Below, in pieces: positions 10,115 through 19,424 of a DNA stretch of 62,385 nt. The stretch lies in contig JAGVLN010000007.1 of NCBI GenBank assembly GCA_020049805.1, positions 1-62,385 of the forward strand, in the 5' to 3' direction. The first letter of the stretch is position 1. Each line of letters begins with the position of its first letter. Made by a program: the position numbers and the translations under genes. Origin of the DNA: Rickettsiales bacterium (GTDB lineage Bacteria > Pseudomonadota > Alphaproteobacteria > Rickettsiales > JABSSG01). The notes beneath the pieces were generated by a model, which was given only the letters and a program-made list of their open reading frames with translations, ran no database searches and was not told the origin of the DNA.

Positions 10115-10154
10115 TGGATTGCTTCATCTCTGAAGAGCACTCCTCGCAATAACG
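10115..10154. repeat. Degenerate RPE/REP-like palindromic element
   Basis: tggattgcttc...ctcctcgcaataacg resembles the TGGATTGCTTCG...CTCCTCGCAATGAC palindromic repeats of Rickettsiales; lies between convergent genes. Confidence 0.55.
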
Positions 10155-10191
10155 AAAGGAACGCTCTTCACAATATAGATAAATATAAAAT

Positions 10192-10698
10192 TTAATGAGC
10201 TGTATCATTCACAGCAGGAGCAACTTCTCCAGCAGTAGAAACCTCTTGCTCTACAGTACGAGCATGGCACCCTGTGCTCCAACTACACACTGGTTTATAA
10301 GAACAATTCCATGCGCAATATGAATCAGCCCAACAATCTGAACATGACTGGAAAGTAAACCAATTAACATCTAAATTTGTTGTGTTTTGATTAACTGTTT
10401 TATCAATAAGAGTTACTAAAGCAAAAAACCTCGCTTCTTCAGGTAAGAAAGGAAGTAACATACCATTATTACTTACATCTATTCCTTTTCCTTCCATATC
10501 CTGAATCTCGAATGGATTTTTACTTATAAAGTATTCTTTATTACCCATTACTAAAATAGCTGAGCAAGGAAAAAGAGTAGTTATATCTTCACATACACCT
10601 TTTAATCCAAATTGATGGACTTTACCAAAAAAATAGCTGTTAGTAGGACCAAAAGTTACGGGATGAGAACTATTATTAATTTTAACACTGAATTCCAT
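10192..10698 (-). CDS. Hypothetical protein with Cys/Trp-rich C-terminal segment
   Basis: 168-aa ORF, GGAG RBS; CSDCWADSYCAWNCSYKPVCSWSTGC; ends VSTAGEVAPAVNDTAH. Confidence 0.65.
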   Translation of the reverse strand: MEFSVKINNSSHPVTFGPTNSYFFGKVHQFGLKGVCEDITTLFPCSAILVMGNKEYFISKNPFEIQDMEGKGIDVSNNGMLLPFLPEEARFFALVTLIDKTVNQNTTNLDVNWFTFQSCSDCWADSYCAWNCSYKPVCSWSTGCHARTVEQEVSTAGEVAPAVNDTAH

Positions 10699-10863
10699 AA
10701 TTAACTCCGAATAAATTCAACATACATTGCCTAAATTTATTTTAGACAAAAAAACCTTACTCTATTTTTTTATCGTGACAATAGAAATTCCAATTGTGAA
10801 TTAAACTTATAGGTATAGTGTTTCAATTTTCACATAGAAGATCATAATAAGTGAAATTAAATA

Positions 10864-11079
10864 TTATTTAGTTCTACAAGTTCTAATGATATCTGTAAGA
10901 CATTGATTAATATCTAACCCTTTTTGACGACAAGAATGGATATAATGAACCATATTTTCATATGTTGTATTACATTCTTCAGCAAGGGCATTGATAGCAG
11001 ATACTGTTAATACTGGATATTTACTATTAAAGAGATTGATTAGATCCGGGGAGTTTTCTTTATTAATTACATAAGACAT
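10864..11079 (-). CDS. Small hypothetical protein
   Basis: GGAGGTGA RBS favours ATG at 11079 (71 aa) over GTG at 11085. Confidence 0.55.
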   Translation of the reverse strand: MSYVINKENSPDLINLFNSKYPVLTVSAINALAEECNTTYENMVHYIHSCRQKGLDINQCLTDIIRTCRTK

Positions 11080-11173
11080 TGTCACCTCCGTAAAAATTAC
11101 CTATTGCAATTATAAATTACATATTGTTATAGAAGTTTTTCCAAGTCAACCCTTAAATGAAAAAAATTAACTT

Positions 11174-11800
11174 TTATTTACTTTTACAAATAATTGCTAT
11201 CCAGCTATGAGACTTGCTGCGCTTATATAGCTTTAATAAATAAATGCCAGGAACATCAAAAATTGGTGTTTCAGAAAAATTAATATTATCTGACCAGCTT
11301 ATTTTGTAACCGCCTGCCTGATTGATAATTAAGGTGATTGAACCCACAGGTTGCAATTCATTTTTAAGAATAATTTTGCAATCTTTGGTTATATCTATCT
11401 CATATTGAATATTCAAAGAATTTGGGCAAAGTTCATAAATTTTTTGATCAGCAAGGTAACATGTGTGAAAAAATTTATTAATCCATTTAGTACCATCAAA
11501 TAAATAAAAAGCCTGCTCACTTTCTAACCAAAGTTGTAACCCTATTTTCGGTTTAATATACCGCCAACCATTATAATAAAATGCCAGATAGTGAGTTTTA
11601 TCTCTCCATTCTTTTATAGCATTATTATCTATTATATATGTATCACCATCCTTTGGGTTAGGGGGAGGTTCATTTAAAATATTTTTAATTGCATTATTAA
11701 GTAAAGTATCAATTATTATCAATGCTTCGTTGACCACAATTTCTTTTTGAATTTGATTGTACTGAAGTAATTGCAAATTAAGATTAGGTGTAAGATTCAT
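11174..11800 (-). CDS. DUF2793-like protein (GTA/phage tail-associated)
   Basis: TPNLNLQLL..QIQKEIVVNEAL..IDTL, PPPNPKDGDTYII, GWRYIKPKIG; directly downstream of the GTA baseplate gene. Confidence 0.85.
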   Translation of the reverse strand: MNLTPNLNLQLLQYNQIQKEIVVNEALIIIDTLLNNAIKNILNEPPPNPKDGDTYIIDNNAIKEWRDKTHYLAFYYNGWRYIKPKIGLQLWLESEQAFYLFDGTKWINKFFHTCYLADQKIYELCPNSLNIQYEIDITKDCKIILKNELQPVGSITLIINQAGGYKISWSDNINFSETPIFDVPGIYLLKLYKRSKSHSWIAIICKSK

Positions 11801-11821
11801 AATTTAATCTCCATAATAAAT

Positions 11822-14800
11822 TTATTCATTTTTCATACCTCTTCCTATAACAGAAGAAATTTGATAAATATCGAATTGTAAATTTTCCTTATAGGCAACC
11901 TTATCGTTCAGCTGCTTGTAATAAGGGTAAATTAACATATGTTTGTAACTGACTTCACTTCTAATTATTTGATTATTATATAAAATATCGACTTCATATT
12001 TCTCTTCAGCTTCATCCATAGGAATATCAATATTATCCCTCCACCATCCGTTTATTCTTGCTCTTCTTGTCCAAGATAAATGAATATCACCATTAGAAAG
12101 GTGCTTAATAATTATGTTCACAGGAGAAAGTGGTTTAAGACTATTGGCATGCCAGGTAAAATTTACCGGTTCTACATCAGACAATTCTTGATCTTCAGCT
12201 AAAACTTTAATTTTAATTGGCACACCTAATAAATATAAAGACATTGGGATTTTCTTAAGATTATTATCTAATAAAACAAATCTATCACCAGCCTGATGTT
12301 CAATAATTTGATGTTCTGTTCCCATCCTTCCACGCAATAATCCTGAAAGTTCATATTTATTAGGCTCAATTAAAACTGCATTCATGAATTGGATAATTTC
12401 ATTACCAATTAAAGCCAAATTATAACCTTGCAGCAAACCATCATAATCAATTGATTCTAATTTTCCGTTTATAAGCACAACTACAATTTTATTATGATAA
12501 TCTATAACTTCAGCTACTGCAGGAGATAACTTGTGTAGTACACTGCCAATAGTGCCTTCTATATTGATATTATCTAGATAGTGATAATGCAGCTCATTAT
12601 CTATAGAATAATATAAGTTTATTCCCTTAAATTGACCAAGCTTATTAACCACGGCTATATAAATAGCAGGATCATTTTTTTCAGCAGTAAATTTACTAGG
12701 TAAATCTAAAATCTCTATCTTATGCTCGAATAAAATTGATTTACCTTCTACAGTTAAATTAAAAGTCGGCTCTATATAAAAATCATAAACACTTATCTCT
12801 TCAGCTACAGCTTTAATTTTTAATACTCTTTTGCTGCTTAAAGTAATATTAGTAATTCGCATTTGATGAATAATACCATTTTGCTCAACCTTGATGATAT
12901 CCGCTGGCTGAAGATATAAATAATTAGGAGGTAAAGTAAGAATGTAAGTAGTTCGTTCTAACCAATCATTATAAAGATTAATATTAGCAATAACTTCAGC
13001 TAAGGCTTGGTTCAATACTAAATTACTATCAAAGATTATCGCTTCTTTAGTAACTACCTCTTGTCGGCTGGCACAAGCAAGATTTGATTGATACTGTTTC
13101 ATTCGATCTAAATAGAAAACAGTAAATTGCTGAACAAGTTCTAATTCCTGCTTTCTAATAATGACTAAGTTTCCTCCTTCTGGCAATATAATCAAATCGT
13201 TAGGATCTATTGTTTGTATTTGCTTGCCAGTACGAGGAATAAATCTTAATTGCCCTTCTTCTTCAATAATATCAAAAAAATAAGCAGTACTTAAATTCTC
13301 AATAATCCTCCTAACATTTTGCGGATTATTTATAACATAACCATCTACTAAATCGGTTAATAGTGATACGTCAAATTGCTCAGCAATCAATCCTGATTTA
13401 AGACACAGATGAGCAATAATATCGGCCAGATGACATGCCCCAAACTTACCACTAACCCAGTGCCCACGTAACCATAATGGGCCATCATTCCATATTTGCA
13501 TTAAATTTGGCCAATAGGGATAAGGTCTTGCATCCCATGTCCATAAAAACATATTTTCAATCATAGCTGAATTAGACCATTTACGTAAACTAGCAGCTAC
13601 AGCTACACGTTGTATTCTAAAATCAATTCTTCCTTTCGAATGTATAGGAAGCGCACCATCATAAGCACGAGTATCATAAAATACATTAGGTTGATTAGTA
13701 GCACCATCAACCGAAGGAAACCCAAATTCAGTAAACCAAATTTTCTTGGATTTTGGTTGCCACTGAGTTTTTTGACCATCTGGATTAATATGTTCATTTT
13801 CCCACCACCAATTGATATTTTTCCAAGCATAAGCAGGATCAAGACGCGCTTTTATTCGGCGTTGTTTATCTACATAATAAAATTCATAACCTTCCCCTGA
13901 TGACCAACCATTAATAATTTTTTGCTCATCATATTGTTGATTAATATCGTTAGTCAGTGGAAAATAAGCATCAATACCAACAAAATCTATGGCCGGATGT
14001 GCCCATAATTTATCAAGATTATACCAACCCTGCTCCGTATGATGATATTCAGACCAATCTGCTGCATAAGTAACCTGTACCTTTGCACCCATTACCTGCT
14101 TTACTTTAGCAGCTAACTGACAAAATTTATCCACCGCAGGAAATTGATTATAATTATTACGCAATTTAGTTAAGCCGATTAATTCTGAACCAATAATAAA
14201 AGCATCAACTTTATCCCTAACTAACTTTGCATAATGTAAAATAAATCGATTATAACCTTCTTTATCTTCAAAAAAGTTTTCGATTTGCTCTATTGAGCCA
14301 GTTATATGCCCACGCCAAGGTTTATTCAACTGATCAACAAAAATCATTGGATAAAACATGATTTTTATCTTTCGAGATTTTATTTCTTCTAAATAACGAA
14401 TTAAACTGACGTCAGCGACGGTGCCGCCATAAATTGGCGCCCCATTATATAAAGTAATTTGGTGAGCATTTTCTCTTCTATATGAGCTTACTGCCCAAAT
14501 GTCAGGTTGGGTGTACATATTTTGCTGAAATTCTACCCCTGGCAAAATTTTACAATTTTTAATCTCCAAAGAAGTAGCAAACCAAGTAACTACTAAAGCA
14601 ATCCGTTCAATATTTGGACAAGTTTCTAGTAATTGATCTAATGATAAAACGGCATTGGCCTTACTTTGATAATTATGACAATTAATTGGGGTAGCTTTAC
14701 CTTGCTGAATGTTACCGCCATTAATCTTATATTGAATCTGGGTATCATATACAAATTCTCCAGACCCAGGAATTAAGCATATTGCCTTAACTAAATCTTC

Positions 14801-15457
14801 CACTGCCAAAGGCTGATTAATAGGTTTAATTCTTCGTTTTACTTCAAAGGTGAAATTTGGAATACGATTGCCATATTCTGTTAAAAGAAAATTTTCAATT
14901 ACTACATAAGCCAATCCTCGATATGCAGGTGTTTTACCAACCCCCATATGAGCTTCTATTAGAGAATCTGGCATTTGGTGTTCATCACCTTTATAAAGCC
15001 GAAAATTTTTATTAATATTGCCAGTTAAAAGCTTGGCATCCGCCCAAATATTAACTATCGTATCAATTGGCCCTTCACAAATAGCGATGGCTAGAGTTAC
15101 GTTATAACTATAACTGATATTTGTTATAGTTGTACGATGATTAGAACCTCCCTTTCCTCCTGAAATAGGGGAAATATTACTATGTTGATGTTCTTGAATA
15201 GGCAGTGACCAAATCACATTACCAGCAATCCGACATTGCCCATAAACCATAGGTATCGTCTTGCCATAAGCTGATGTTTGAACAATTAGTTCGCTTAAAC
15301 GTGAACCAGTGGTATGAGTAAATGAACGGTTATTGAAGCTAGCATCAATTGCATTACCTAAGGTGTTTCCTGCCATATAACCCAGCATACCACCTATTGG
15401 GCCGGCTACAGAAGCACCCGTTGCTCCACCGATTGTACTTAATAATATCGAAGCCAT
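11822..15457 (-). CDS. Gene-transfer-agent baseplate/host-specificity protein (RcGTA g15 megatron-like, GTA TIM-barrel plus phage-tail domains)
   Basis: PAYRGLAYVV, YGNRIPNFTFEV, IPGSGEF, FILHYA, FIIGSEL, YAADWSEY, KKIWFTEFG, WTWDARPYP, LLRGRMGTE, WTRRAR; AAGGAG RBS. Confidence 0.92.
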   Translation of the reverse strand: MASILLSTIGGATGASVAGPIGGMLGYMAGNTLGNAIDASFNNRSFTHTTGSRLSELIVQTSAYGKTIPMVYGQCRIAGNVIWSLPIQEHQHSNISPISGGKGGSNHRTTITNISYSYNVTLAIAICEGPIDTIVNIWADAKLLTGNINKNFRLYKGDEHQMPDSLIEAHMGVGKTPAYRGLAYVVIENFLLTEYGNRIPNFTFEVKRRIKPINQPLAVEDLVKAICLIPGSGEFVYDTQIQYKINGGNIQQGKATPINCHNYQSKANAVLSLDQLLETCPNIERIALVVTWFATSLEIKNCKILPGVEFQQNMYTQPDIWAVSSYRRENAHQITLYNGAPIYGGTVADVSLIRYLEEIKSRKIKIMFYPMIFVDQLNKPWRGHITGSIEQIENFFEDKEGYNRFILHYAKLVRDKVDAFIIGSELIGLTKLRNNYNQFPAVDKFCQLAAKVKQVMGAKVQVTYAADWSEYHHTEQGWYNLDKLWAHPAIDFVGIDAYFPLTNDINQQYDEQKIINGWSSGEGYEFYYVDKQRRIKARLDPAYAWKNINWWWENEHINPDGQKTQWQPKSKKIWFTEFGFPSVDGATNQPNVFYDTRAYDGALPIHSKGRIDFRIQRVAVAASLRKWSNSAMIENMFLWTWDARPYPYWPNLMQIWNDGPLWLRGHWVSGKFGACHLADIIAHLCLKSGLIAEQFDVSLLTDLVDGYVINNPQNVRRIIENLSTAYFFDIIEEEGQLRFIPRTGKQIQTIDPNDLIILPEGGNLVIIRKQELELVQQFTVFYLDRMKQYQSNLACASRQEVVTKEAIIFDSNLVLNQALAEVIANINLYNDWLERTTYILTLPPNYLYLQPADIIKVEQNGIIHQMRITNITLSSKRVLKIKAVAEEISVYDFYIEPTFNLTVEGKSILFEHKIEILDLPSKFTAEKNDPAIYIAVVNKLGQFKGINLYYSIDNELHYHYLDNINIEGTIGSVLHKLSPAVAEVIDYHNKIVVVLINGKLESIDYDGLLQGYNLALIGNEIIQFMNAVLIEPNKYELSGLLRGRMGTEHQIIEHQAGDRFVLLDNNLKKIPMSLYLLGVPIKIKVLAEDQELSDVEPVNFTWHANSLKPLSPVNIIIKHLSNGDIHLSWTRRARINGWWRDNIDIPMDEAEEKYEVDILYNNQIIRSEVSYKHMLIYPYYKQLNDKVAYKENLQFDIYQISSVIGRGMKNE

Positions 15458-15475
15458 ATTTTACTCCTTATCAAT

Positions 15476-15503
15476 AAAAAAAGGCCCCTAAAAAGAGGCC
15501 TTT
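15476..15503 (-). terminator. Rho-independent terminator
   Basis: Minus strand aaaggcctct-tttt-aggggcc followed by 7 T. Confidence 0.8.
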
Positions 15504-15528
15504 AAAATTATGAATAAAATTTATTTTT

Positions 15529-16050
15529 TTAACTTTCAGAAGATTCCCAAAATTGCCCAGAACATACCGTGCCTGTACTTACTACCAATAAAAAATTTTC
15601 AAGTATGCCCTCAACACCAACGTAATAAACCTTACCATTACTATCATTTTTAGCCATAACTGCTACAGCTTGATCAATTTTATTTGCACATTCTGGATTA
15701 TCTATCGCTATCGCGTCATATTCAGCAATCGCCGAATCGCAATCTACTATCTTTGTTCTATAGGCCTCTTGATCTTGTTGAGCTAAAACTATAGATTTTT
15801 CTACATTTGACATACCCCAGACTCCAGCCAATAAGGCTAACCAGGGAGCTGTCATTCCTATTGTAGATAATATTGGATCTATCTTGCTACTTATTATAAT
15901 CGAAACTACAGGTATAAATGGCATAGGTAATATGAAAACAGCTATTCCTGAATTCAATCGCTGATAAGAATCAACAGTTTTATCTATTGTATTAATCCTA
16001 CTTTGCCATTCATCCTTTTGCAAAGCGAAAACTTCTCCTAATGTTGTCAT
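15529..16050 (-). CDS. Hypothetical membrane-associated protein; paralog of 16149..16634
   Basis: 173 aa, two hydrophobic segments; motif AEYDAIAIDNPECANKID. Confidence 0.65.
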   Translation of the reverse strand: MTTLGEVFALQKDEWQSRINTIDKTVDSYQRLNSGIAVFILPMPFIPVVSIIISSKIDPILSTIGMTAPWLALLAGVWGMSNVEKSIVLAQQDQEAYRTKIVDCDSAIAEYDAIAIDNPECANKIDQAVAVMAKNDSNGKVYYVGVEGILENFLLVVSTGTVCSGQFWESSES

Positions 16051-16104
16051 AATCTATCCTTTATTTAATTACAGATTACGAACTATATATCACTTTTAGC
16101 AAAT

Positions 16105-16129
16105 AAAAAAGCCCCAAAAAGGGCTTTTT
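16105..16129. terminator. Rho-independent terminator (bidirectional form)
   Basis: aaaaaagccc-caaaaa-gggcttttt. Confidence 0.7.
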
Positions 16130-16148
16130 CTATGCTACATTTATGATA

Positions 16149-16634
16149 TTAATGCGCTACTAATAAACTATCTACGTTAAAACCTTCTCCACATAAATCA
16201 GCATCTTTTAGGCTAATAAATCTATGAGTGAAAATAGAAAATTCTTCTTCACTATATCCAGAAACTTCAAAAGATAAATGAAGGTCAAGCTTAGACGCAC
16301 AATTAGGATTTTCTACTCGTAGTTTGTTATATTTTTCTAAAGCAATATTAGATATTTTTAAAATTTTATCATTATGATAATCTCTCCAATGGAATACTGC
16401 ATTATTCGCTACATGCGGTATTACTGCTAATACACCATATAAATGAGTTGCTGCTATATTTTTATTATTTTGATCAGCTAACTTCCTAAAATAATTAAAA
16501 ATATTATAGAAGGGGCTCACTCCAAACGCTCCAGAATATACCCACCAAGTAAGATCTATACTATCTTTTGCATGCAAAGCTGTGTTAATTGATTGAGCAA
16601 ATACAACACTTAATTTCTTAGTTTGTCGCGGCAT
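16149..16634 (-). CDS. Hypothetical protein; paralog of 15529..16050
   Basis: 161 aa; motif EKYNKLRVENPNCASKLD; ends DLCGEGFNVDSLLVAH. Confidence 0.6.
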   Translation of the reverse strand: MPRQTKKLSVVFAQSINTALHAKDSIDLTWWVYSGAFGVSPFYNIFNYFRKLADQNNKNIAATHLYGVLAVIPHVANNAVFHWRDYHNDKILKISNIALEKYNKLRVENPNCASKLDLHLSFEVSGYSEEEFSIFTHRFISLKDADLCGEGFNVDSLLVAH

Positions 16635-16740
16635 AATTATTTTCTTTTTATTAAAATTTTAACTTCTAACATATGCGAAATATTGATTTGCATCAATATT
16701 TTTTAAAAAAATATCTTTAAGTTAAAATATGTACTAGTTT

Positions 16741-17337
16741 TTAATCAAATTTTTGGCGTAAGTTAAAAGCAGCGGTAATCGTACCTTCATCAAGATAATC
16801 TAATTCTCCACCTATCGGTATACCACTAGCAAGGCGCGAGACTTTAATATTATATGGACGTAATTTTTCAGTAATATAAAACGCGGTAGTTTGTCCATCT
16901 AAGGTAGCATTAGTAGCAATAATCACTTCTTCAATTTTAGAGTTTTCTATTCTACTAACTAATTGATCTATATTCACTTCATTAGGTGTGCGTTCATAAA
17001 ATGCAGATAATGTCCCACCAAGTATATGGTAAAGCCCTTTATAAACATTACTTTTTTCAAGAGCCCAGAGATCAGCCACTGTTTCAACTATACATATTGA
17101 GGTTTGATTACGGTTAGGATCAGCACAAATTCGGCAAGTATCACCTTCATCGAGATTGCCACAAGCTTTGCAAAACTCTATAGCATTAGCTGTATCTAAT
17201 AAAGCATCAGATAATGGCAGCATCAAATTGTCTTTATATTTAATCAAATGGAGGACTACTCTTTTTGCCGAACGGCTACCTAAGCCAGGCAATTTTGAAA
17301 AAATATAAATTAATTTATCTATTTTATTTTGTTTCAT
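16741..17337 (-). CDS. recR: Recombination mediator RecR
   Basis: LPGLGSRSA, C4 zinc finger, Toprim EEVIIATN..DG.TTA, GIPIGGELDYLD. Confidence 0.97.
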   Translation of the reverse strand: MKQNKIDKLIYIFSKLPGLGSRSAKRVVLHLIKYKDNLMLPLSDALLDTANAIEFCKACGNLDEGDTCRICADPNRNQTSICIVETVADLWALEKSNVYKGLYHILGGTLSAFYERTPNEVNIDQLVSRIENSKIEEVIIATNATLDGQTTAFYITEKLRPYNIKVSRLASGIPIGGELDYLDEGTITAAFNLRQKFD

Positions 17338-17340
17338 GGC

Positions 17341-17664
17341 TTAAAAAGGAAATTTTAAGCCAGGAGGTAACGGCATACCACCCATCATATTAGACATTGA
17401 ACCTTCCATTTCTTCGTCTAATTTTTTCTTAGCATCATTAAATGCTGCTAGAATTAAATCTTCAAGTACATCTGCTTCGTTTTTATCTAATAATGAAGGG
17501 TCTAAAGAAATTTTATTCATTATTCCTTTTCCATTAAGCACTATTTTAACTAAACCGCCACCAGAAGAACCTTCAAATTCCTTTTGCGCCATTTCTTCCT
17601 GAGCTTGCATAACTTTTTGCTGCATCGATTGCATTTGTTTCATAATTTGATTAATATTTACCAT
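17341..17664 (-). CDS. ybaB: YbaB/EbfC nucleoid-associated protein
   Basis: GSSGGGLVK, LEDLILAAFNDA; between dnaX and recR. Confidence 0.95.
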   Translation of the reverse strand: MVNINQIMKQMQSMQQKVMQAQEEMAQKEFEGSSGGGLVKIVLNGKGIMNKISLDPSLLDKNEADVLEDLILAAFNDAKKKLDEEMEGSMSNMMGGMPLPPGLKFPF

Positions 17665-17674
17665 AATTCCTATC

Positions 17675-19258
17675 CTATGTTTTCATAATATTTTCTATAG
17701 TTGCACCTGGAAAAGCTTTCAAGATATTATCAACTATATCAGTTCTAGACAATGCTTGTTTTTCTTCTTCTAATAATGATTGCTCATAATCAGCTAAAGT
17801 TAGACCATCAACTAATTTATCACTTGCAACAATGAATTGCCATGTATGTCCAGTAAATTTATTAAGCTTAGCTGTAACTTGACTAGCAAAATCTTTGGGT
17901 AATTTACTTATTATTTTTACCTCAATTCGTCCGTGAGCATAATCTAATAATGCAACATCTGATTTAAGTTGATGATAAAGAATCATTTCTTTATTTGCTA
18001 AAAAGATTTCAGCAATTTTTTTAAATTCTACCATTGCTTCGCCATTCACTACTGACTTTGCTTGTGAAACTTGAGTGTCAATTTTTGGCTCTGTACTAAT
18101 ATTAGTATTTTGACCTTTAATAATTTCCTCTGGGGTAGGTAAATCTGCTAAACAACATATACGGATAATAATCATTTCTAAAGCTTGAATATTATTAGTA
18201 GATTTGCTCACTTCTTCAAAACCTTTAAGAAGCATTTGCCAGAGTATAGCCATACTCCTAGAATCAGTTTTTTTAGCTAAGTTTTTTACCAATTCACTTT
18301 CTGCATCTGATAAGTAAGCATTATCTTTGCTTTGTAAAAAATTAGGTATAACATGCATTTTAGAGACAACATTACATGCAGTAAGCAAATCTTCAATAAT
18401 TGATAGAGGTTCTGATCCTTTATGATAAAGATCATTCACAAATAATATTGCAGCTTCTGCTTCACCTTTTATTATTAAATCAAAAAGCTGATAAATTAAT
18501 ACCATACTAGTAATGCCCAATAAGCTTTGGACTTGTGATACTAAAATTTTACCATCAGTTTTTATATGCAAAATAACTTGATCTAATAAAGATAGACTAT
18601 CTCTTACTGAACCATCACTATGTAAAGCAATTAATTTTAATGCCGCTTCTTCAAATTTAATTTTTTCTGACGCACAAACTTCTTTTAAATGAGCTACCAG
18701 TTCATCAACAGTTAATCTTCGCAAATCAAATCTTTGACAACGAGAAATTATTGTTAGAGGAATCTTTTTAGGTTCAGTAGTAGCAAAAATGAATTTAGTG
18801 TGAGCTGGCGGCTCTTCTAAAGTCTTGAGTAATGCATTAAATGCATTAGTAGAAAGCATATGCACTTCATCTATAATATAAATTTTATATTTAGCAAGAA
18901 TAGGTGCATAACTAGCACCTTCAATGATTTCTCTTATGTCATTTATACCGGTTTTACTAGCAGCATCAACTTCTATTACATCTGGGTGATTTTCATTAAT
19001 AAAAGCTTTGCAGTTTGCGCATTCATTACATGCTTCAATATTTAGATCTTTAATTTGCAAATTAGTACAATTAATAGTTTTGGCAATAATTCTAGCCGTA
19101 GTAGTTTTACCAACACCTCTTATACCAGTTAATAAAAAAGCATGAGCAATTTTATTTTCCTTAATTGCATGCAATAAGGTGGCAACTAAAGATTCTTGCC
19201 CTTTAAGTTGGACAAAATTTGCTGGTCGATATTTACGAGCTAAAACTTGATAATTCAT
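17675..19258 (-). CDS. dnaX: DNA polymerase III subunit gamma/tau
   Basis: LARKYRP, GIRGVGKTT, IDEVHML, LLKTLEEPP, SRCQRF. Confidence 0.97.
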   Translation of the reverse strand: MNYQVLARKYRPANFVQLKGQESLVATLLHAIKENKIAHAFLLTGIRGVGKTTTARIIAKTINCTNLQIKDLNIEACNECANCKAFINENHPDVIEVDAASKTGINDIREIIEGASYAPILAKYKIYIIDEVHMLSTNAFNALLKTLEEPPAHTKFIFATTEPKKIPLTIISRCQRFDLRRLTVDELVAHLKEVCASEKIKFEEAALKLIALHSDGSVRDSLSLLDQVILHIKTDGKILVSQVQSLLGITSMVLIYQLFDLIIKGEAEAAILFVNDLYHKGSEPLSIIEDLLTACNVVSKMHVIPNFLQSKDNAYLSDAESELVKNLAKKTDSRSMAILWQMLLKGFEEVSKSTNNIQALEMIIIRICCLADLPTPEEIIKGQNTNISTEPKIDTQVSQAKSVVNGEAMVEFKKIAEIFLANKEMILYHQLKSDVALLDYAHGRIEVKIISKLPKDFASQVTAKLNKFTGHTWQFIVASDKLVDGLTLADYEQSLLEEEKQALSRTDIVDNILKAFPGATIENIMKT

Positions 19259-19289
19259 GGTGATTTTTTATTAACTTTAATTTATTAAA

Positions 19290-19376
19290 AGGTGGAACGA
19301 CCCAATTTAGATTCGTTACGGCTGCTTCCTTTCGAACCTGACCGACTTGGCGATAAAACTGCCCGCTCCACCCACT
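19290..19376 (-). ncRNA. ffs: Signal recognition particle RNA (4.5S)
   Basis: Minus strand contains domain IV GTCAGGTTCGAAAGGAAGCAGC inside a long hairpin closed by ggtgga/tccacc; conserved ffs-dnaX-ybaB-recR order. Confidence 0.9.
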
Positions 19377-19424
19377 TATTTTATGAAATAGTTTTAAACA
19401 TATTGCAAGGAGATTTTTATAATA

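Noticed and set aside
11174-16634. Prophage
   Set aside because: No integrase, terminase, capsid, lysis genes or att sites; only two GTA-type tail genes
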